Shown here one piece after another: positions 10,547-22,124 of a stretch of 64,000 nucleotides of DNA (its first letter is position 1; every line of letters starts with the position of its first letter). A model generated the notes under the pieces. The model was given only the letters and a program-made list of their open reading frames with translations, had not been told where the DNA came from and searched no databases. The translations under genes were made by a program, and so were the position numbers. The DNA is from an uncultured Chroococcidiopsis sp. Its GTDB lineage: Bacteria; Cyanobacteriota; Cyanobacteriia; Cyanobacteriales; Chroococcidiopsidaceae. Where the stretch lies: assembly GCA_964248365.1 (NCBI GenBank), contig CAXTYC010000018.1:32001-96000 (forward strand). The letters are read 5' to 3'.

Positions 10547-11527
10547 ATGAGTCGAGTTTACAAAGCTACAGGAATTAATCTCAAGAGTATGCCGCTGGGC
10601 GAATCAGATCGGCTGCTGACAATTTTGACACAGGAGTATGGTCTAATTCGGGCTGTAGCACCAGGAGCAAGGAAACACAACTCAAAGTTAGCAGGTAGAA
10701 GTGGGTTATTTGTAGTGAATGAGCTATTGATAGCTCAGGGGCGATCGCTTGATAAAATTACCCAAGCCGAAACTATAGAATCATACCCCGCACTCAGTCA
10801 AGACTTAGGCAAGCTAGCCGCTAGCCAGTACTTGGCAGAAATGGTTATGTGTCAAGCTTTGAGCGAACAACCCCAAACTGAATTATTTTGCTTACTGGTG
10901 GAGCATTTGGGGCGGTTGGAGCAGTTGCCCAAATCTTCGGGATTTTCAGTTTTAGCTCATTTATCTCATGCTGTCTTCCACTTCTTAGTCTTGGCAGGGA
11001 TAACTCCTCAAGTACAAGCTTGTTGCCTAACTGGACATCCCTTGTCGCCAGATTTTACCTCTCCAGACTGGCAAGTAGGGTTTAGTATTTCATCCGGTGG
11101 AGTTGTTAATTTAGCAGCATGGTCACACCTAAAAAACGGGGAAAAAAATAATTATAAAACTAAACCAATACACTCTGCTCGAACAATCCCACTCGTGCCA
11201 TCTCCATCAGCTAGAGTTGCTGAGGCTAAAAGCTCAGGCTATCAAACAGTTGTCCACAGGCAAGAAAAATTAGTGCTAGACACGCGACTGAATGCTACAC
11301 AACTTGCTCTACTCCAGCAGCTAGCTGGGGCAAATTTACCGCAAATAAATACACATTCGTCAAACCAGCCGTTGCTGGATACGGATACTGGTTGGCTATC
11401 TATAGAACAGATTCTGCGTCAGTACGTGCAGTATCACTTCGGTCGTCCAATTCGGTCGGCTGCTCTAATTGATAGTTATTTTGCTTCCTTGCCGACTCCT
11501 TATAAAAAAGATCATGCAACCGTTTGA
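10547..11527 (+). CDS. recO: DNA repair protein RecO
   Basis: [24 protein letters not shown]-terminus and cyanobacterial deoC-recO synteny. Confidence 0.93.
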   Translation: MSRVYKATGINLKSMPLGESDRLLTILTQEYGLIRAVAPGARKHNSKLAGRSGLFVVNELLIAQGRSLDKITQAETIESYPALSQDLGKLAASQYLAEMVMCQALSEQPQTELFCLLVEHLGRLEQLPKSSGFSVLAHLSHAVFHFLVLAGITPQVQACCLTGHPLSPDFTSPDWQVGFSISSGGVVNLAAWSHLKNGEKNNYKTKPIHSARTIPLVPSPSARVAEAKSSGYQTVVHRQEKLVLDTRLNATQLALLQQLAGANLPQINTHSSNQPLLDTDTGWLSIEQILRQYVQYHFGRPIRSAALIDSYFASLPTPYKKDHATV

Positions 11528-13178
11528 CTTGGATACAAAAATTTCTCAATCTGGCTCTAAGATAAATTCACCTTTTGCAATGGGGATGGCTATAAATTCC
11601 CGCCCAAATGGTTTACAGTCTACGCGGGGAAATTTGTCTAGTAAAAAGCAATTTTTGCCAGACGAAAATCGAGCATCACAGGGCTATGTATGTGATACCA
11701 CTGGGGGAGAAAAAAGTGAAGTGGGTGGGAAAGAGGCAAATGAACAACTCCCTACCTTCGAGCAGTTGAATAAACTAGCTACTAATACCCAAAGTGAAGA
11801 TTCCAGCCAGGTTACAGAGTCAGGAGGATCAAACAACAATCACGAGGGTAACGGCAACATTGGAGGATTTGAGTCAGAGCAAGAACTGGGGTTTCTACCA
11901 GTTTTGCGAAACCGCAATTTTCTATCTTTGTGGAGTGGTCAAGTCTTTTCTCAACTGGCAGATAAAGTATATCTAGTGTTGATGATTGCGATTATTTCCA
12001 GTCGATTTCAAACGGGCGAGCAAAGCATCAGTGGCTGGGTTTCGGCGATTATGATGGCTTTTACCATTCCAGCCGTCCTATTTGGCTCAATAGCTGGGGT
12101 GTTTGTTGATCGCTGGTCAAAAAAAACCGTTCTAGTAGCAACAAATGTGCTACGTGGAATTTTGGTATTATCAATTCCCTTTCTCTTATGGCTGACTAGG
12201 GATTGGCAACCACTAGTGGCTAGTTTACCAGTGGGTTTTGGTATTCTCTTGGGACTAAGTTTTCTAATTTCTACTCTGACACAGTTTTTTGCTCCAGCTG
12301 AACAAGCAGCAATTCCCCTAGTGGTGGAACGTCAGCATCTACTATCAGCTAACTCGCTCTACACAACTACGATGATGGCTTTGGTAGTAGTGGGATTTGC
12401 CGTTGGTGAACCGCTGCTGGCTCTAGCTGATACCCTGACAACCCAATTAGGTATTGGTGTAGGGATAGGCAAAGAATTGGTGGTGGGTGGTAGTTATGCG
12501 ATCGGCGGAATCGTGCTATTACTACTCAAGACTGATGAAAAGCTCCCATCAACCGAACAAGAACAAGCTCATGTTTGGCAAGATCTCCGCGACGGGTTGC
12601 AATACCTACAACAGAATCATCGTGTCCGTAATGCATTGATCCAACTGGTAATTCTGTTTTCTATCTTTGCGGCTTTAGCCGTTCTTGCCGTGCGTCTGGC
12701 AGAAATAATTCCAGGCATGAAATCTTCCCAATTTGGCTTTTTGCTAGCAGCTGGTGGTGTTGGGATTGCCGCTGGTGCTACACTTTTGGGTCAGTATGGT
12801 CAACGCTTTTCCCACGCCCAGCTAAGTCTGTATGGCTCTAGCGGGGTGGCTGCATCCCTAATCGGTTTGTCTGTGTTTACCAAGCAATTGTGGGTAGAGT
12901 TGGCTTTGATCGCACTTTTGGGCGGCTTTGCGTCCCTGGTGGCTATTCCCATGCAAACCTCGATTCAAAAAGAAACTCCGCCCGAAATGCGTGGTAAAGT
13001 CTTTGGTCTGCAAAACAATGTAATTAATATTGCCCTGTCGTTACCCTTGGCGTTGGCAGGCGTAGCAGAAACTTTCATTGGGTTACAGGCAGTTTTTCTG
13101 AGTTTAGCCGCAATAGCGATCGCAGGAGGTCTCTTAACCTGGTATATTTGCCGTACAGACACACAATCTGTCAACTAG
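11514..13178 (+). CDS. MFS transporter
   Basis: Multiple hydrophobic helices, [10 protein letters not shown] motif A and PEMRGKVFG. Confidence 0.9.
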   Translation: MQPFDLDTKISQSGSKINSPFAMGMAINSRPNGLQSTRGNLSSKKQFLPDENRASQGYVCDTTGGEKSEVGGKEANEQLPTFEQLNKLATNTQSEDSSQVTESGGSNNNHEGNGNIGGFESEQELGFLPVLRNRNFLSLWSGQVFSQLADKVYLVLMIAIISSRFQTGEQSISGWVSAIMMAFTIPAVLFGSIAGVFVDRWSKKTVLVATNVLRGILVLSIPFLLWLTRDWQPLVASLPVGFGILLGLSFLISTLTQFFAPAEQAAIPLVVERQHLLSANSLYTTTMMALVVVGFAVGEPLLALADTLTTQLGIGVGIGKELVVGGSYAIGGIVLLLLKTDEKLPSTEQEQAHVWQDLRDGLQYLQQNHRVRNALIQLVILFSIFAALAVLAVRLAEIIPGMKSSQFGFLLAAGGVGIAAGATLLGQYGQRFSHAQLSLYGSSGVAASLIGLSVFTKQLWVELALIALLGGFASLVAIPMQTSIQKETPPEMRGKVFGLQNNVINIALSLPLALAGVAETFIGLQAVFLSLAAIAIAGGLLTWYICRTDTQSVN

Positions 13179-13353
13179 TGCGAAAACTAAAGGCTGGAAG
13201 AGAGCAGGGAGAGCAGGGGGTGCAGGGGAGCTTCGGGAGCAGGGGAGATAAATATATATCCACTCAACCCCTCAGCCCTCACCCCTAGCCCCTCGCCTCT
13301 CGCCTCTCGCCTCTCGCCTTTTGCCTGAATCAGAAAATCGAGCCTCAACCTGA

Positions 13354-14523
13354 ATGCGTATTGCCTGGATTGGAAAAAAATCACCCTTTTGTGGCAACGT
13401 TACTTACAGTCGAGAAGTTACTAATGCCTTAATTGATCGGGGACACTCTGTTAACTTTCTTCACTTTGCTCAAGAAGAAGAATCTGACTTACATAACTGG
13501 CCCGACTGTCCAGAAGTGTCCCTCCCCTTCCTTTATAGATCTCAAGTCTATACAATCCCCGCCCTGGGAGCGGCTAAAGTTTTAACTCACTCGTTACGTC
13601 AGTTGCAGCCAGATTTAGTACACGCATCTTTAACGCTATCTCCTCTGGATTTCCTGCTACCTGAAATTTGCGATGAGCTAAACTTACCACTTGTCGCCAC
13701 CTTCCATACGCCTTATGCTGGCAAAGGAGCAAAGCTGGTATCAGGAACGCAATTGTTGGCATACCAACTTTATGCGCCGTTCCTGGTTAACTACGATCGC
13801 GTTATCGTCTTTTCGGAAGTACAGCGAGAATTGTTGGCAAGACTAAGTGTACCAGCTGCTAACGTGGCTGTAATTCCCAACGGCGTTGACGTTGGGAAGT
13901 ATTGTCCAGGGGAATCTAATATCAAGCAGGAATTCTTTGCAGAACGCTTGTTTGTTTACCAAGGTCGCATTGCCACCGAGAAAAATGTAGAAGCACTCCT
14001 GCGAGCCTGGAAGCAAGCGGAAATGCACCCAACTAGCAAGTTGCTGATTGTAGGTAATGGTCCAGTGGCATCGTCTTTGAAGCCGTTCTACGGTTCAGAA
14101 CATGGCATTCATTGGCTTGGTTTTGTTGCTGACGAAAACCGACGAGTGGAAATTTTACGTGGTGCTGATGTATTTATCCTACCTTCTCTAGTGGAGGGAT
14201 TATCAATTTCTCTGCTGGAAGCGATGGCTTGCGGTCTTGCCTGTCTAGCCACAAATGTAGGTGCAGACGGAGAAGTATTGGAGAATGGAGCAGGTGTAGT
14301 TCTTACTACTAAGCGAATTGCTTCACAATTATCTACTCTGCTGCCATTATTCCAAGATCATCCTGAGTTAACAATTTTGTTAGGGCAAAAAGCACGGCAG
14401 CGGGTATTAGAGCGCTACACACTCAATCGCAATATTACCCAGCTAGAACAACTCTATACCCAAGTTTTAGAGCAGCGTCCAAGTTCAGGAGTTATAAGTT
14501 CTAAATTTAAAACTAGCTATTAG
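13354..14523 (+). CDS. dgdA: GT4 glycosyltransferase, likely DGDG synthase
   Basis: WIGKKSPFCGNVTY N-terminus, EGLSISLLEAMA and conserved position after recO-MFS. Confidence 0.75.
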   Translation: MRIAWIGKKSPFCGNVTYSREVTNALIDRGHSVNFLHFAQEEESDLHNWPDCPEVSLPFLYRSQVYTIPALGAAKVLTHSLRQLQPDLVHASLTLSPLDFLLPEICDELNLPLVATFHTPYAGKGAKLVSGTQLLAYQLYAPFLVNYDRVIVFSEVQRELLARLSVPAANVAVIPNGVDVGKYCPGESNIKQEFFAERLFVYQGRIATEKNVEALLRAWKQAEMHPTSKLLIVGNGPVASSLKPFYGSEHGIHWLGFVADENRRVEILRGADVFILPSLVEGLSISLLEAMACGLACLATNVGADGEVLENGAGVVLTTKRIASQLSTLLPLFQDHPELTILLGQKARQRVLERYTLNRNITQLEQLYTQVLEQRPSSGVISSKFKTSY

Positions 14524-14707
14524 CTGTTAGCTGGCGCGCGGTTAGCTGTTACCAGTTACCAGTTACCAGTTAACAGTTACCAACTACCGTACGGGCGGGT
14601 TTATTAAACATACTTGTGAACCTCTAGATAACTCGTTTAAAGTGCGCCCCTACCAACTACCAATTACAGCTAAAAGCTAAAAGCTAACAGCTAATTGATA
14701 ATTGAAT

Positions 14708-14812
14708 TCATTTGTTCTGCACAGTAATAACACGCCACATAATAAAAACCGTGAAGCCTAAATAGGCTAATACAGTTAACCACTCCTGCCAAGTACCAGA
14801 TGTATTGTTCAT
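14708..14812 (-). CDS. Small 34-aa hydrophobic protein (not in ORF track)
   Basis: MNNTSGTWQEWLTVLAYLGFTVFIMWRVITVQNK, one predicted TM helix. Confidence 0.4.
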   Translation of the reverse strand: MNNTSGTWQEWLTVLAYLGFTVFIMWRVITVQNK

Positions 14813-15277
14813 CTCTAAAAGCCAAAAAATAAATTTATCTTTCCTCACCTCTAAATCCTACGCGCTTATGCTAAAAGTTGGTGACGTGTGCAAGTGTAGG
14901 CGATAACTACGACGAGCGCTTCCAAGAGCGCGCTTTGGGGATGCAAAAGCCCCTTATATGAAGGCGCATCTAGCAAATGAAAAGCAAAACATGGTTGCCA
15001 TCTGGGGTGTTTGAGAACAGATGTTGTGCGATCGCAAACGCGATCGCATCCGTTTTGATGTCGGCTTTTGGATACCGACGATGCCAACATCCCAAAAGAC
15101 TGCCTTTGCTAGTTGCTGCTAAGATGCAACCTTCTATTAACAAAAGGAGGCGATCGCCAGCCTGGGATACGAGGAAAAACACAATTCTTGTTATCAAACT
15201 AAATATTCAAATCCAAATTTTAGCTGACAGTTGCTTAGACTAGAAATTAATTAGCTCAGCAACAATAACAATCCTTT

Positions 15278-16861
15278 ATGAAACCCGCCTGGAATAAACT
15301 ACTCATCGCCTTGAACTTGGTGACAATCTCAGCTGGCACATCAATTGTTCTACCACCAAAAATCTCTTCTGTTAGCGCTACTACACCCCACGCATTAGTA
15401 GTGCCAGCCCAGGTAGTAAAAACTCATACCATAGCCTCTGCACCGCCTCAAACGTCAAAGCCAGCCCAGACACAAAAGCCTCAAACTACATCGTCGTCAA
15501 AATTAGCAACCATCATCCGGCGACGACAAAAATTGATCGAAGCCGATCAGCTCTATTTAGCAGGACACAAGGCTGAAGCTGAAAAACTTTATCGAGAAGT
15601 AAAAGCACCTTTTGCCACCCCAACTCCACCAAAACGTCCAGAACCCATTCTAGATCCTGCCTTCCTACCCCCAGCAGGGAAAGTCTACTGGCGCGAAACA
15701 CAGGCTGGGGCGGAAGGGAAAGTGCAAACTAGAATGATGGTTCCGCTGCGGCTGCTAGTTGAGAATTATCCCCAATTTATTCCAGGTCAATTGTGGCTGG
15801 CACAAACGTTGCAAAAATCAGATCGTGGCAAAGAAGCGATCGATGTTTTAGAACAAGCAACATCCCTCTATCCAAATCAGCCCCAGTTACTTAAAGCTAA
15901 AGTAGCCGCCCTCGCAGCAGACAAAAAATGGATGGAAGCATCACTTGCAGCTCGTCAATTTGCTATCCTCAATCCCAACCAACAAAACGCTGCCGAGTTT
16001 ACCCAATTAGCAGATGAAAATCTCCAGCGCTACAAAAAGCATTTGCGCCGAAAAGTGCGGCGAAACATGTTCGCTAACATCATTACAGGCATTTTAGGAT
16101 ACGCCGTTACTGGTAGTCTTTTTGGTCCCCTCTCTGCCGTCCAAACAACTACAATGGTACTCAAAGGCGAATCATCTGTAGGCAATTCAGTTGCCAAACA
16201 GGCGCGCCGACAACTACCACTAGTAGAAGACAAAGTAGTTGTGGACTATGTGAACGAAATCGGACAAAAACTTGCTAAAGTATCCGGTCGCAATGATTTT
16301 CAATACGAGTTTTATGTTGTCTTAGACGACGAACTTAATGCCTTTGCCTTGCCTGGAGGTAAAGTATTTGTCAATGCAGGAGCGATCGCCAAAACTAACT
16401 CAGAGGCAGAATTAGCTGGATTAATTGGTCATGAATTATCTCACGCTGTTCTCTCTCACGGTTTTCAATTAATTACCCAGGGCAATTTAATTGCTAATGT
16501 AACCCAATACGTTCCCTACGGCGGTACAGTTGCTAGTCTGTTTACCTTAGACTACAGCCGAGATATGGAACGTCAGGCAGATACTCTGGGTACAAGGCTA
16601 ATTGCTTCGGATGGTTACGCTGCTGATGGTTTACGCAATTTAATGGTGACACTCGAAAAGCAAGAAAAGAGTTCTCCACCCACTTGGTTATCCTCTCACC
16701 CAGGCACTGGCGCTCGCGTTCGTTACATAGAAAATCTAATTGAGCGTAATGGTTATAACCGCTACGCATACGAGGGAGTAGCACGTCACGCCATCATTAA
16801 AGCTAGGGTGGAAAAATTGTTAATAGAGGAACAGCTGCGCCAGAAAAAGCATCGTCGATAA
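15278..16861 (+). CDS. M48 family metallopeptidase with TPR-like region, exported
   Basis: NAFALPGG, HELSH, ERQAD, SSHP and signal peptide. Confidence 0.9.
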   Translation: MKPAWNKLLIALNLVTISAGTSIVLPPKISSVSATTPHALVVPAQVVKTHTIASAPPQTSKPAQTQKPQTTSSSKLATIIRRRQKLIEADQLYLAGHKAEAEKLYREVKAPFATPTPPKRPEPILDPAFLPPAGKVYWRETQAGAEGKVQTRMMVPLRLLVENYPQFIPGQLWLAQTLQKSDRGKEAIDVLEQATSLYPNQPQLLKAKVAALAADKKWMEASLAARQFAILNPNQQNAAEFTQLADENLQRYKKHLRRKVRRNMFANIITGILGYAVTGSLFGPLSAVQTTTMVLKGESSVGNSVAKQARRQLPLVEDKVVVDYVNEIGQKLAKVSGRNDFQYEFYVVLDDELNAFALPGGKVFVNAGAIAKTNSEAELAGLIGHELSHAVLSHGFQLITQGNLIANVTQYVPYGGTVASLFTLDYSRDMERQADTLGTRLIASDGYAADGLRNLMVTLEKQEKSSPPTWLSSHPGTGARVRYIENLIERNGYNRYAYEGVARHAIIKARVEKLLIEEQLRQKKHRR

Positions 16862-16937
16862 TATGTATGCCTGCCTAATAATCTACTAATGCAGGTAACG
16901 CCGCTCAAAGCAGTTTTAATTTTGAGGATAGTTTAGC

Positions 16938-17720
16938 ATGGCACTGCAATCATATATGTTTCAGTTTTTGAAGAGTCTGAGTTTATTGGCTGGGGTGGCG
17001 CTGCTAGTGGCTAATGGTAGCGCGATCGCTGCACCTCGAACTTCTGGTGATACTTCAAACCGCTCTGTAGTAGTAGATACAGAAGGGGATGGGGGATATT
17101 CTACACGGCAAACTCCTACACAAAGATCTTCTAGTCCTGTAACAAGCGCTACTCGCTTTAGTTGTCAACCGCTCAACGGTCAGTATACAGTAGTATATCA
17201 GCCACAAAGCCAACCAGGTCAGTATTTTCCTTGGGCAAAGCCAGTTCAGCTAGGTGGGGGCTGGACTCCCCAAAGTCGCTGCAATGAAATTGCTCGACGG
17301 CTGGAATTGTACCGCCCAGACGGTTTACAGGAAATGACTACAGGTCAAGAAAATGGCTACAACACTGTGTGCGTCACGACCGAAAAAGTCCCCGCTTGCC
17401 GAATTGTATTTACTGTACCACCTGGGCAAGATCCAGTATCAACCCGCGATCGCGTGTTTGAAAATCTGACTGTTGCCGACAGCGGACAACAAACCGATGC
17501 CGTCAACACCTACACCAGTCGGGGAGACGACGGTATTGGCAATTTGCTGAATATGGGTCGAGAAATCTTCGGCGCGGGCAAATCTCGTCCCCACTCTAAA
17601 AATATCAACCTCCAACCTTTCCTAGACCAGAAAGATGGTGGTAGTGGTACTCAACTCCAAGGAGGAGTACAATTAAAACCCAGCAAATCGAGTCAGCTAA
17701 ATCCAGCTAACTTTCGCTGA
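16938..17720 (+). CDS. COP23 domain exported protein
   Basis: Signal peptide, GGGWTPQSRC.EIARRL and ENGYNTVC. Confidence 0.75.
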   Translation: MALQSYMFQFLKSLSLLAGVALLVANGSAIAAPRTSGDTSNRSVVVDTEGDGGYSTRQTPTQRSSSPVTSATRFSCQPLNGQYTVVYQPQSQPGQYFPWAKPVQLGGGWTPQSRCNEIARRLELYRPDGLQEMTTGQENGYNTVCVTTEKVPACRIVFTVPPGQDPVSTRDRVFENLTVADSGQQTDAVNTYTSRGDDGIGNLLNMGREIFGAGKSRPHSKNINLQPFLDQKDGGSGTQLQGGVQLKPSKSSQLNPANFR

Positions 17721-18007
17721 TGTATCAGTGGTTGGTAATTGGTAATGGGTAATGGGAGAACAGCAAAAGGGAAAAGGGGGAATTGGTTTAAACTTTAACC
17801 ATTCACCTAAAATCACTTACCAACTACCAACTACCAATTACCCATTACCTACATAAACTCTAGAATATGTTGGAACTCTAAATTAGAACCCTGTTCACCT
17901 GCGCTATACAAAAGCCCTAAATTAGGACGCTCTGCATACTATTCCTTGTTACCAGGCGCTTAGCCTGGTAACGAGTAAAAAGAGGCTCTGCCTTGGTGTT
18001 CACTGTT

Positions 18008-18490
18008 CTAGACAGTGCGCGACACACCAGTATCAGCCACCTTAGCTGGTAATATAATTCCGTAGTATGCTACGGCGAGGGCGGTCAGACCATTGATCAA
18101 AACATTGTAACCGAAGATCGGCATCAAACCGAATGTCGTGTTAGCAAATGGCAGCAATCCCATGATTGCAATCAAGGTGTAAGACACTACGAAAAAACGA
18201 TTGAATATCCGCGAACTGCTGTAGCTGGTATATGCGGTAATCCCAAACAGACCAACCGCGCAGTGAACAATGTTATGCAAGAAATTCGTAGGAAATAGCC
18301 CAAATACATAGCCAAATCCCTGAGAATAAGCATCATGAGCTGCGGCAGGTGGGATAAAAGACATATCTGCTGCACCTGGTAATGTCACCAAAGCTGGTAT
18401 AAATCCAGCTATTCCTAAAATCAAAAACATAATTCCGATAGCCAGAGCGCAGTAACGCTCTGACATTTTAACTATGCCTGTATTGCTCAT
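18008..18490 (-). CDS. DUF4383 membrane protein
   Basis: GIAGFIP and FGLFPTNFLHNIVH. Confidence 0.8.
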   Translation of the reverse strand: MSNTGIVKMSERYCALAIGIMFLILGIAGFIPALVTLPGAADMSFIPPAAAHDAYSQGFGYVFGLFPTNFLHNIVHCAVGLFGITAYTSYSSSRIFNRFFVVSYTLIAIMGLLPFANTTFGLMPIFGYNVLINGLTALAVAYYGIILPAKVADTGVSRTV

Positions 18491-18891
18491 TTTACTACCC
18501 CTAATTTGTGCAATGATTGCACTGTTTGTACGCTTTTTGTAAAAATCTCGTTTCAACCCGTTGCTATCAGAAACAATAGGTAATACTATCTTCAGTAGTC
18601 AGCTAAAATCGAGACTTCATACTTATGATTAAACTTAAATTTTGCCGCTCTAACTCTATCAAAAGACTGGGGTTTAGCTTAAAAACTTTGAGTTATATTT
18701 TATACAATATAACGTTGCTGTAAAAAGAGAAAATGTGCTAATATAAAAATTGATAAAAAGTATTTTTTTCATTATTGAAGTGTTTATTAGTTAATTTATT
18801 ATTACTGATTAGAAGATTAACAATAGAAGTTGACACCTCCTCTTAGGGAAGTGCCAAGCTCAGCCGATTCGTAAATTACAATAAATTACAA

Positions 18892-19074
18892 TTAGCGGAA
18901 AATCCCTAAATAAAGAGTTGCAGCAAAAAGCACAATTATCAAAACTCCCAAAGTTACACTGATACCAAATTGCAAGGAGGCGCTTTTAGTAGCTTCCGGT
19001 CCAGCAGACTGCTGGGTTATATTAGTGTGCTTCTTGTTAGAATTTGTTACTTTGTCAGAAGTCATAGCTATCAA
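18892..19074 (-). CDS. Small protein with C-terminal TM helix
   Basis: ORF with a hydrophobic C-terminus only. Confidence 0.4.
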   Translation of the reverse strand: MIAMTSDKVTNSNKKHTNITQQSAGPEATKSASLQFGISVTLGVLIIVLFAATLYLGIFR

Positions 19075-19406
19075 GGTTTTTGAGTATTTATCACTTATAT
19101 TGGCTCCAGATGCGAAAAACTGAATCTAACTAGAGGATTATCTAGGCTATACGCGCGAGCGTGGGGCAAAAAGGACGCTAAAGCGATCGCCTTTTCATCT
19201 GTAGCAGGGTAGAATTTTAAGTCCTGACAGATTGGATTAGATGTGCATGGGTTCATGCCTTACAATCATGACATCTTTAAAACCATTTGATTTCTTCTGC
19301 CATTGGTTGTTTGGATTAGTAGGAAGTAAAAACAAGACGGAACGAAATAGCTAACCTATGTGAATATGCAATCAAACTTGATATAAATTCGAGATCCAAC
19401 TGAACA

Positions 19407-22124
19407 CTACTCTAGAGAAGCAAAGTCCTCATCTCTAAGAGAAATAGCATAATCTCTGGCGTGTTTAGCGTAAGGAAAAGGAAAAGGCAAGGAAGTTGTT
19501 CCGGCAAAATATGCCCAGCGGTTTCTGAGTCTTTCTAGGAATCTAATTAATATTATGTTGTTAAAACTCGAATGAATCACATCATATTCCAAAAGCGGCG
19601 GATTACCAGCAGGGTGTTTTCCGTTATCCAGACGAGATTGATTCACCCTTAAAAGGTCTTGTTCGGTGTTTAGCCTTTCTCTTAACCCCAGATAAATCTC
19701 TTGTTCGAGATTGTCGCAAACATTTTTCCAAGCATATATACCATAATGACGACTGCCTGGGTTTTTGCCTATAGGGTTCCAAGCAGGTGTTTCTAAAGTA
19801 TTGCCTTTGGTTAAACTACGAACAATATGCAAACGCTTTTGACGTTCTTGTAACTGAATATGCCTTCTGAGTTCGTTAGGAAACTCCCCACATTCTAAAT
19901 TGGAATTTTGCAACCACTTGAATGTAGAACGAGCATTTTGTCCATCCATCATAAACAGGACATGAGGCTTATTTTCATTGTTTATTGGGGTGGTTAAACA
20001 ATCGGTTAAACAGTTAGCTAGAAATTGGTTTAATAACCTTTGGTCACGTTGTTGTTCTTCAGTTTCTTCTGCATTTAAATCTTCTTCACCAGAATCTTCA
20101 TAAAACTGAGAATCCCAATTTTCTGTTAAAAGATGATTGTATATTTCCCAGGATGAAACCCACCTACTATTACCTCGGCTTTGCTGTCTCAGAGAAGGTG
20201 TTGTGAATTGTACTTCTCCCAAAAATGGATTGACTCTGACTACCACTACTACCAGAGATGGTAATCCTGACCAAGTCGTTATTGAAGTGCGACGTATAAC
20301 GAGGCAACAAGTTAACCACATTTGCTCAGGAATAGAATCTTCTTTTGTGATAAAATATTGTTCTGGTAAAACTCCAGCTTGTGAGAATAAGTCAGCAACA
20401 GAATTTCTAACACGAGATTCATCTGCTTGTTCTTCAGTTTTTTCTGTTAAAGGATGAATCCGCTGATTAACATACCCCATTTGCATTAAAGCAATTTTAG
20501 TTGCTTTATAGGGGTCAGCATTTTCTGAATAATAATCCGGTTCAAAAATTTCTAGGATGGCTCCACTCCGTCCCACAGGTTTTGGTAGAACTCTTTTGAA
20601 AAACTCAATTCTTTCTTTCGCTGCTTCTATTGCTCTTGCGTCTGGAATTTTATCTACATCTGCTAAACTTAAAGGTCTTATTAATTCCTCTCCACCTAGA
20701 GTCTGAATTTTTATCCGAAACAAATCTCCTAATTGGCTAGCATATTCAACTGTCCTCATAATTCCTAAATCAGTCATAGTTTCAGACACTTCTAACTCTC
20801 GATTTAATTGGAGAACAGTGCGTATTTCTTGAATTAAATAGTCTCTTGTCGTCGGATATATGTAAAGAATCAGAATTGTCTCTAATGGGAAGCGAGACAT
20901 AAATAGACTGCTAGTTGCTACAGAGGGACGGTGCATTACAACATTTGATTCTTCTCTATTTTGTCCAGAGCTAGGCTGATTTTTGTTAATTGGTATAGGT
21001 ACTATCTCGCCAGCACGTCTTAAAGGTAAATGTTGTGCAATATGAGCATTTAATGTTCCTATATCTTTGATGCTTACTCCTGGTTTGCAGAAATGTTTAC
21101 CTAAGCGGGAATGGTAGGCGATCGCTGTTATAATCCCTTCAGTATTACCATCCCAAATCCCTGGAAGTGACCTTGATGCAATTTCTACAGGATTGGGTAG
21201 ATAGTTTGTATTTTTAATTAGTTCCGACAATGCACGGTGAAGATGAGGAGTTTCTCTTCCACGATATAGTTTGATGGGGATAATACTTAAATCTTGTGTT
21301 TGGCTGTCGAGCCAGCGAAAGCGGTTAGAAACATAAACTGTAACACCACTACTATTTACTCTGTTAGGACTTTCATTCCCTTCAAGCCACAAAGGATATG
21401 TCAACCACCTTCTCACCCCAAGTCCGCAATAAATTAGAGGTGCTGTTCTTCCTTGCAAGGTACGCAACCTGATTTTGATAACAAAGGAAATATATTTAGG
21501 AAATCTACTATTGCTATCGCCTGTAGGTCTTGGAGGAAAAGATATTAGCTCGGCTCCCGATTCACAAGTAGCCACATGGTAAAAATTTAAGGGTGGTAAA
21601 TCGGTTGTAAACTGAATTTGTCGATTATCTTCAAACAGCCTAGCTAAATAATTTGGTATTGCTTGGTAGAGGATGTCATTAGGAGGTAAATTGCAATTGA
21701 AATCAAGAGGGACAGTTTGATAATTCCATTCAACGTATCTTAATCTGTCTAAAAAATCCTCTACACAGTCAGACCCAAGCGTTCGGGTAAACTCTTCTCT
21801 CAACCATTCTTTTACCAAAAGCCCTAAATTTTCCAAAGCTGCTGGCGTTGGCTGTTGTGTTGTGTAAAGCCAAGTTCCGCCATTCCTCCAACTATTGGGA
21901 ACAGTATGAAAAGTTGAGTTCCACGCAGCAACTACCAACGGGTTTAATGACCGCACTGGTGGAGACGAGTTTCTGTTTCGCATTCTGGCTAATTGCCATG
22001 CTATATCAACGTATGCTTGAGGAGGAGTAATTGAGTAAATTTCCTCCTGATTTATCGCTTCGGTAAGTTCCCAAGCTCCTAGCTCAATCGGCTTTGTTTG
22101 ATACAAGTTGCTTTTGTTTGTCAT
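19407..22124 (-). CDS. pPIWI-RE protein (N-terminal X domain, MID, RNase H-fold PIWI)
   Basis: About 905 aa. MID-like DPYKATKIALMQMGYVNQRI, DGQNAR...W and C-terminal LPFP.PYAK. Third gene after REase and helicase. Confidence 0.82.
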   Translation of the reverse strand: MTNKSNLYQTKPIELGAWELTEAINQEEIYSITPPQAYVDIAWQLARMRNRNSSPPVRSLNPLVVAAWNSTFHTVPNSWRNGGTWLYTTQQPTPAALENLGLLVKEWLREEFTRTLGSDCVEDFLDRLRYVEWNYQTVPLDFNCNLPPNDILYQAIPNYLARLFEDNRQIQFTTDLPPLNFYHVATCESGAELISFPPRPTGDSNSRFPKYISFVIKIRLRTLQGRTAPLIYCGLGVRRWLTYPLWLEGNESPNRVNSSGVTVYVSNRFRWLDSQTQDLSIIPIKLYRGRETPHLHRALSELIKNTNYLPNPVEIASRSLPGIWDGNTEGIITAIAYHSRLGKHFCKPGVSIKDIGTLNAHIAQHLPLRRAGEIVPIPINKNQPSSGQNREESNVVMHRPSVATSSLFMSRFPLETILILYIYPTTRDYLIQEIRTVLQLNRELEVSETMTDLGIMRTVEYASQLGDLFRIKIQTLGGEELIRPLSLADVDKIPDARAIEAAKERIEFFKRVLPKPVGRSGAILEIFEPDYYSENADPYKATKIALMQMGYVNQRIHPLTEKTEEQADESRVRNSVADLFSQAGVLPEQYFITKEDSIPEQMWLTCCLVIRRTSITTWSGLPSLVVVVVRVNPFLGEVQFTTPSLRQQSRGNSRWVSSWEIYNHLLTENWDSQFYEDSGEEDLNAEETEEQQRDQRLLNQFLANCLTDCLTTPINNENKPHVLFMMDGQNARSTFKWLQNSNLECGEFPNELRRHIQLQERQKRLHIVRSLTKGNTLETPAWNPIGKNPGSRHYGIYAWKNVCDNLEQEIYLGLRERLNTEQDLLRVNQSRLDNGKHPAGNPPLLEYDVIHSSFNNIILIRFLERLRNRWAYFAGTTSLPFPFPYAKHARDYAISLRDEDFASLE

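Noticed and set aside
14930..14955. GGGATGCAAAAGCC resembling the c-di-GMP-I riboswitch core
   Set aside because: The upstream GGCAAA/GNRA stem is missing. It is only a simple GGGG/CCCC hairpin.
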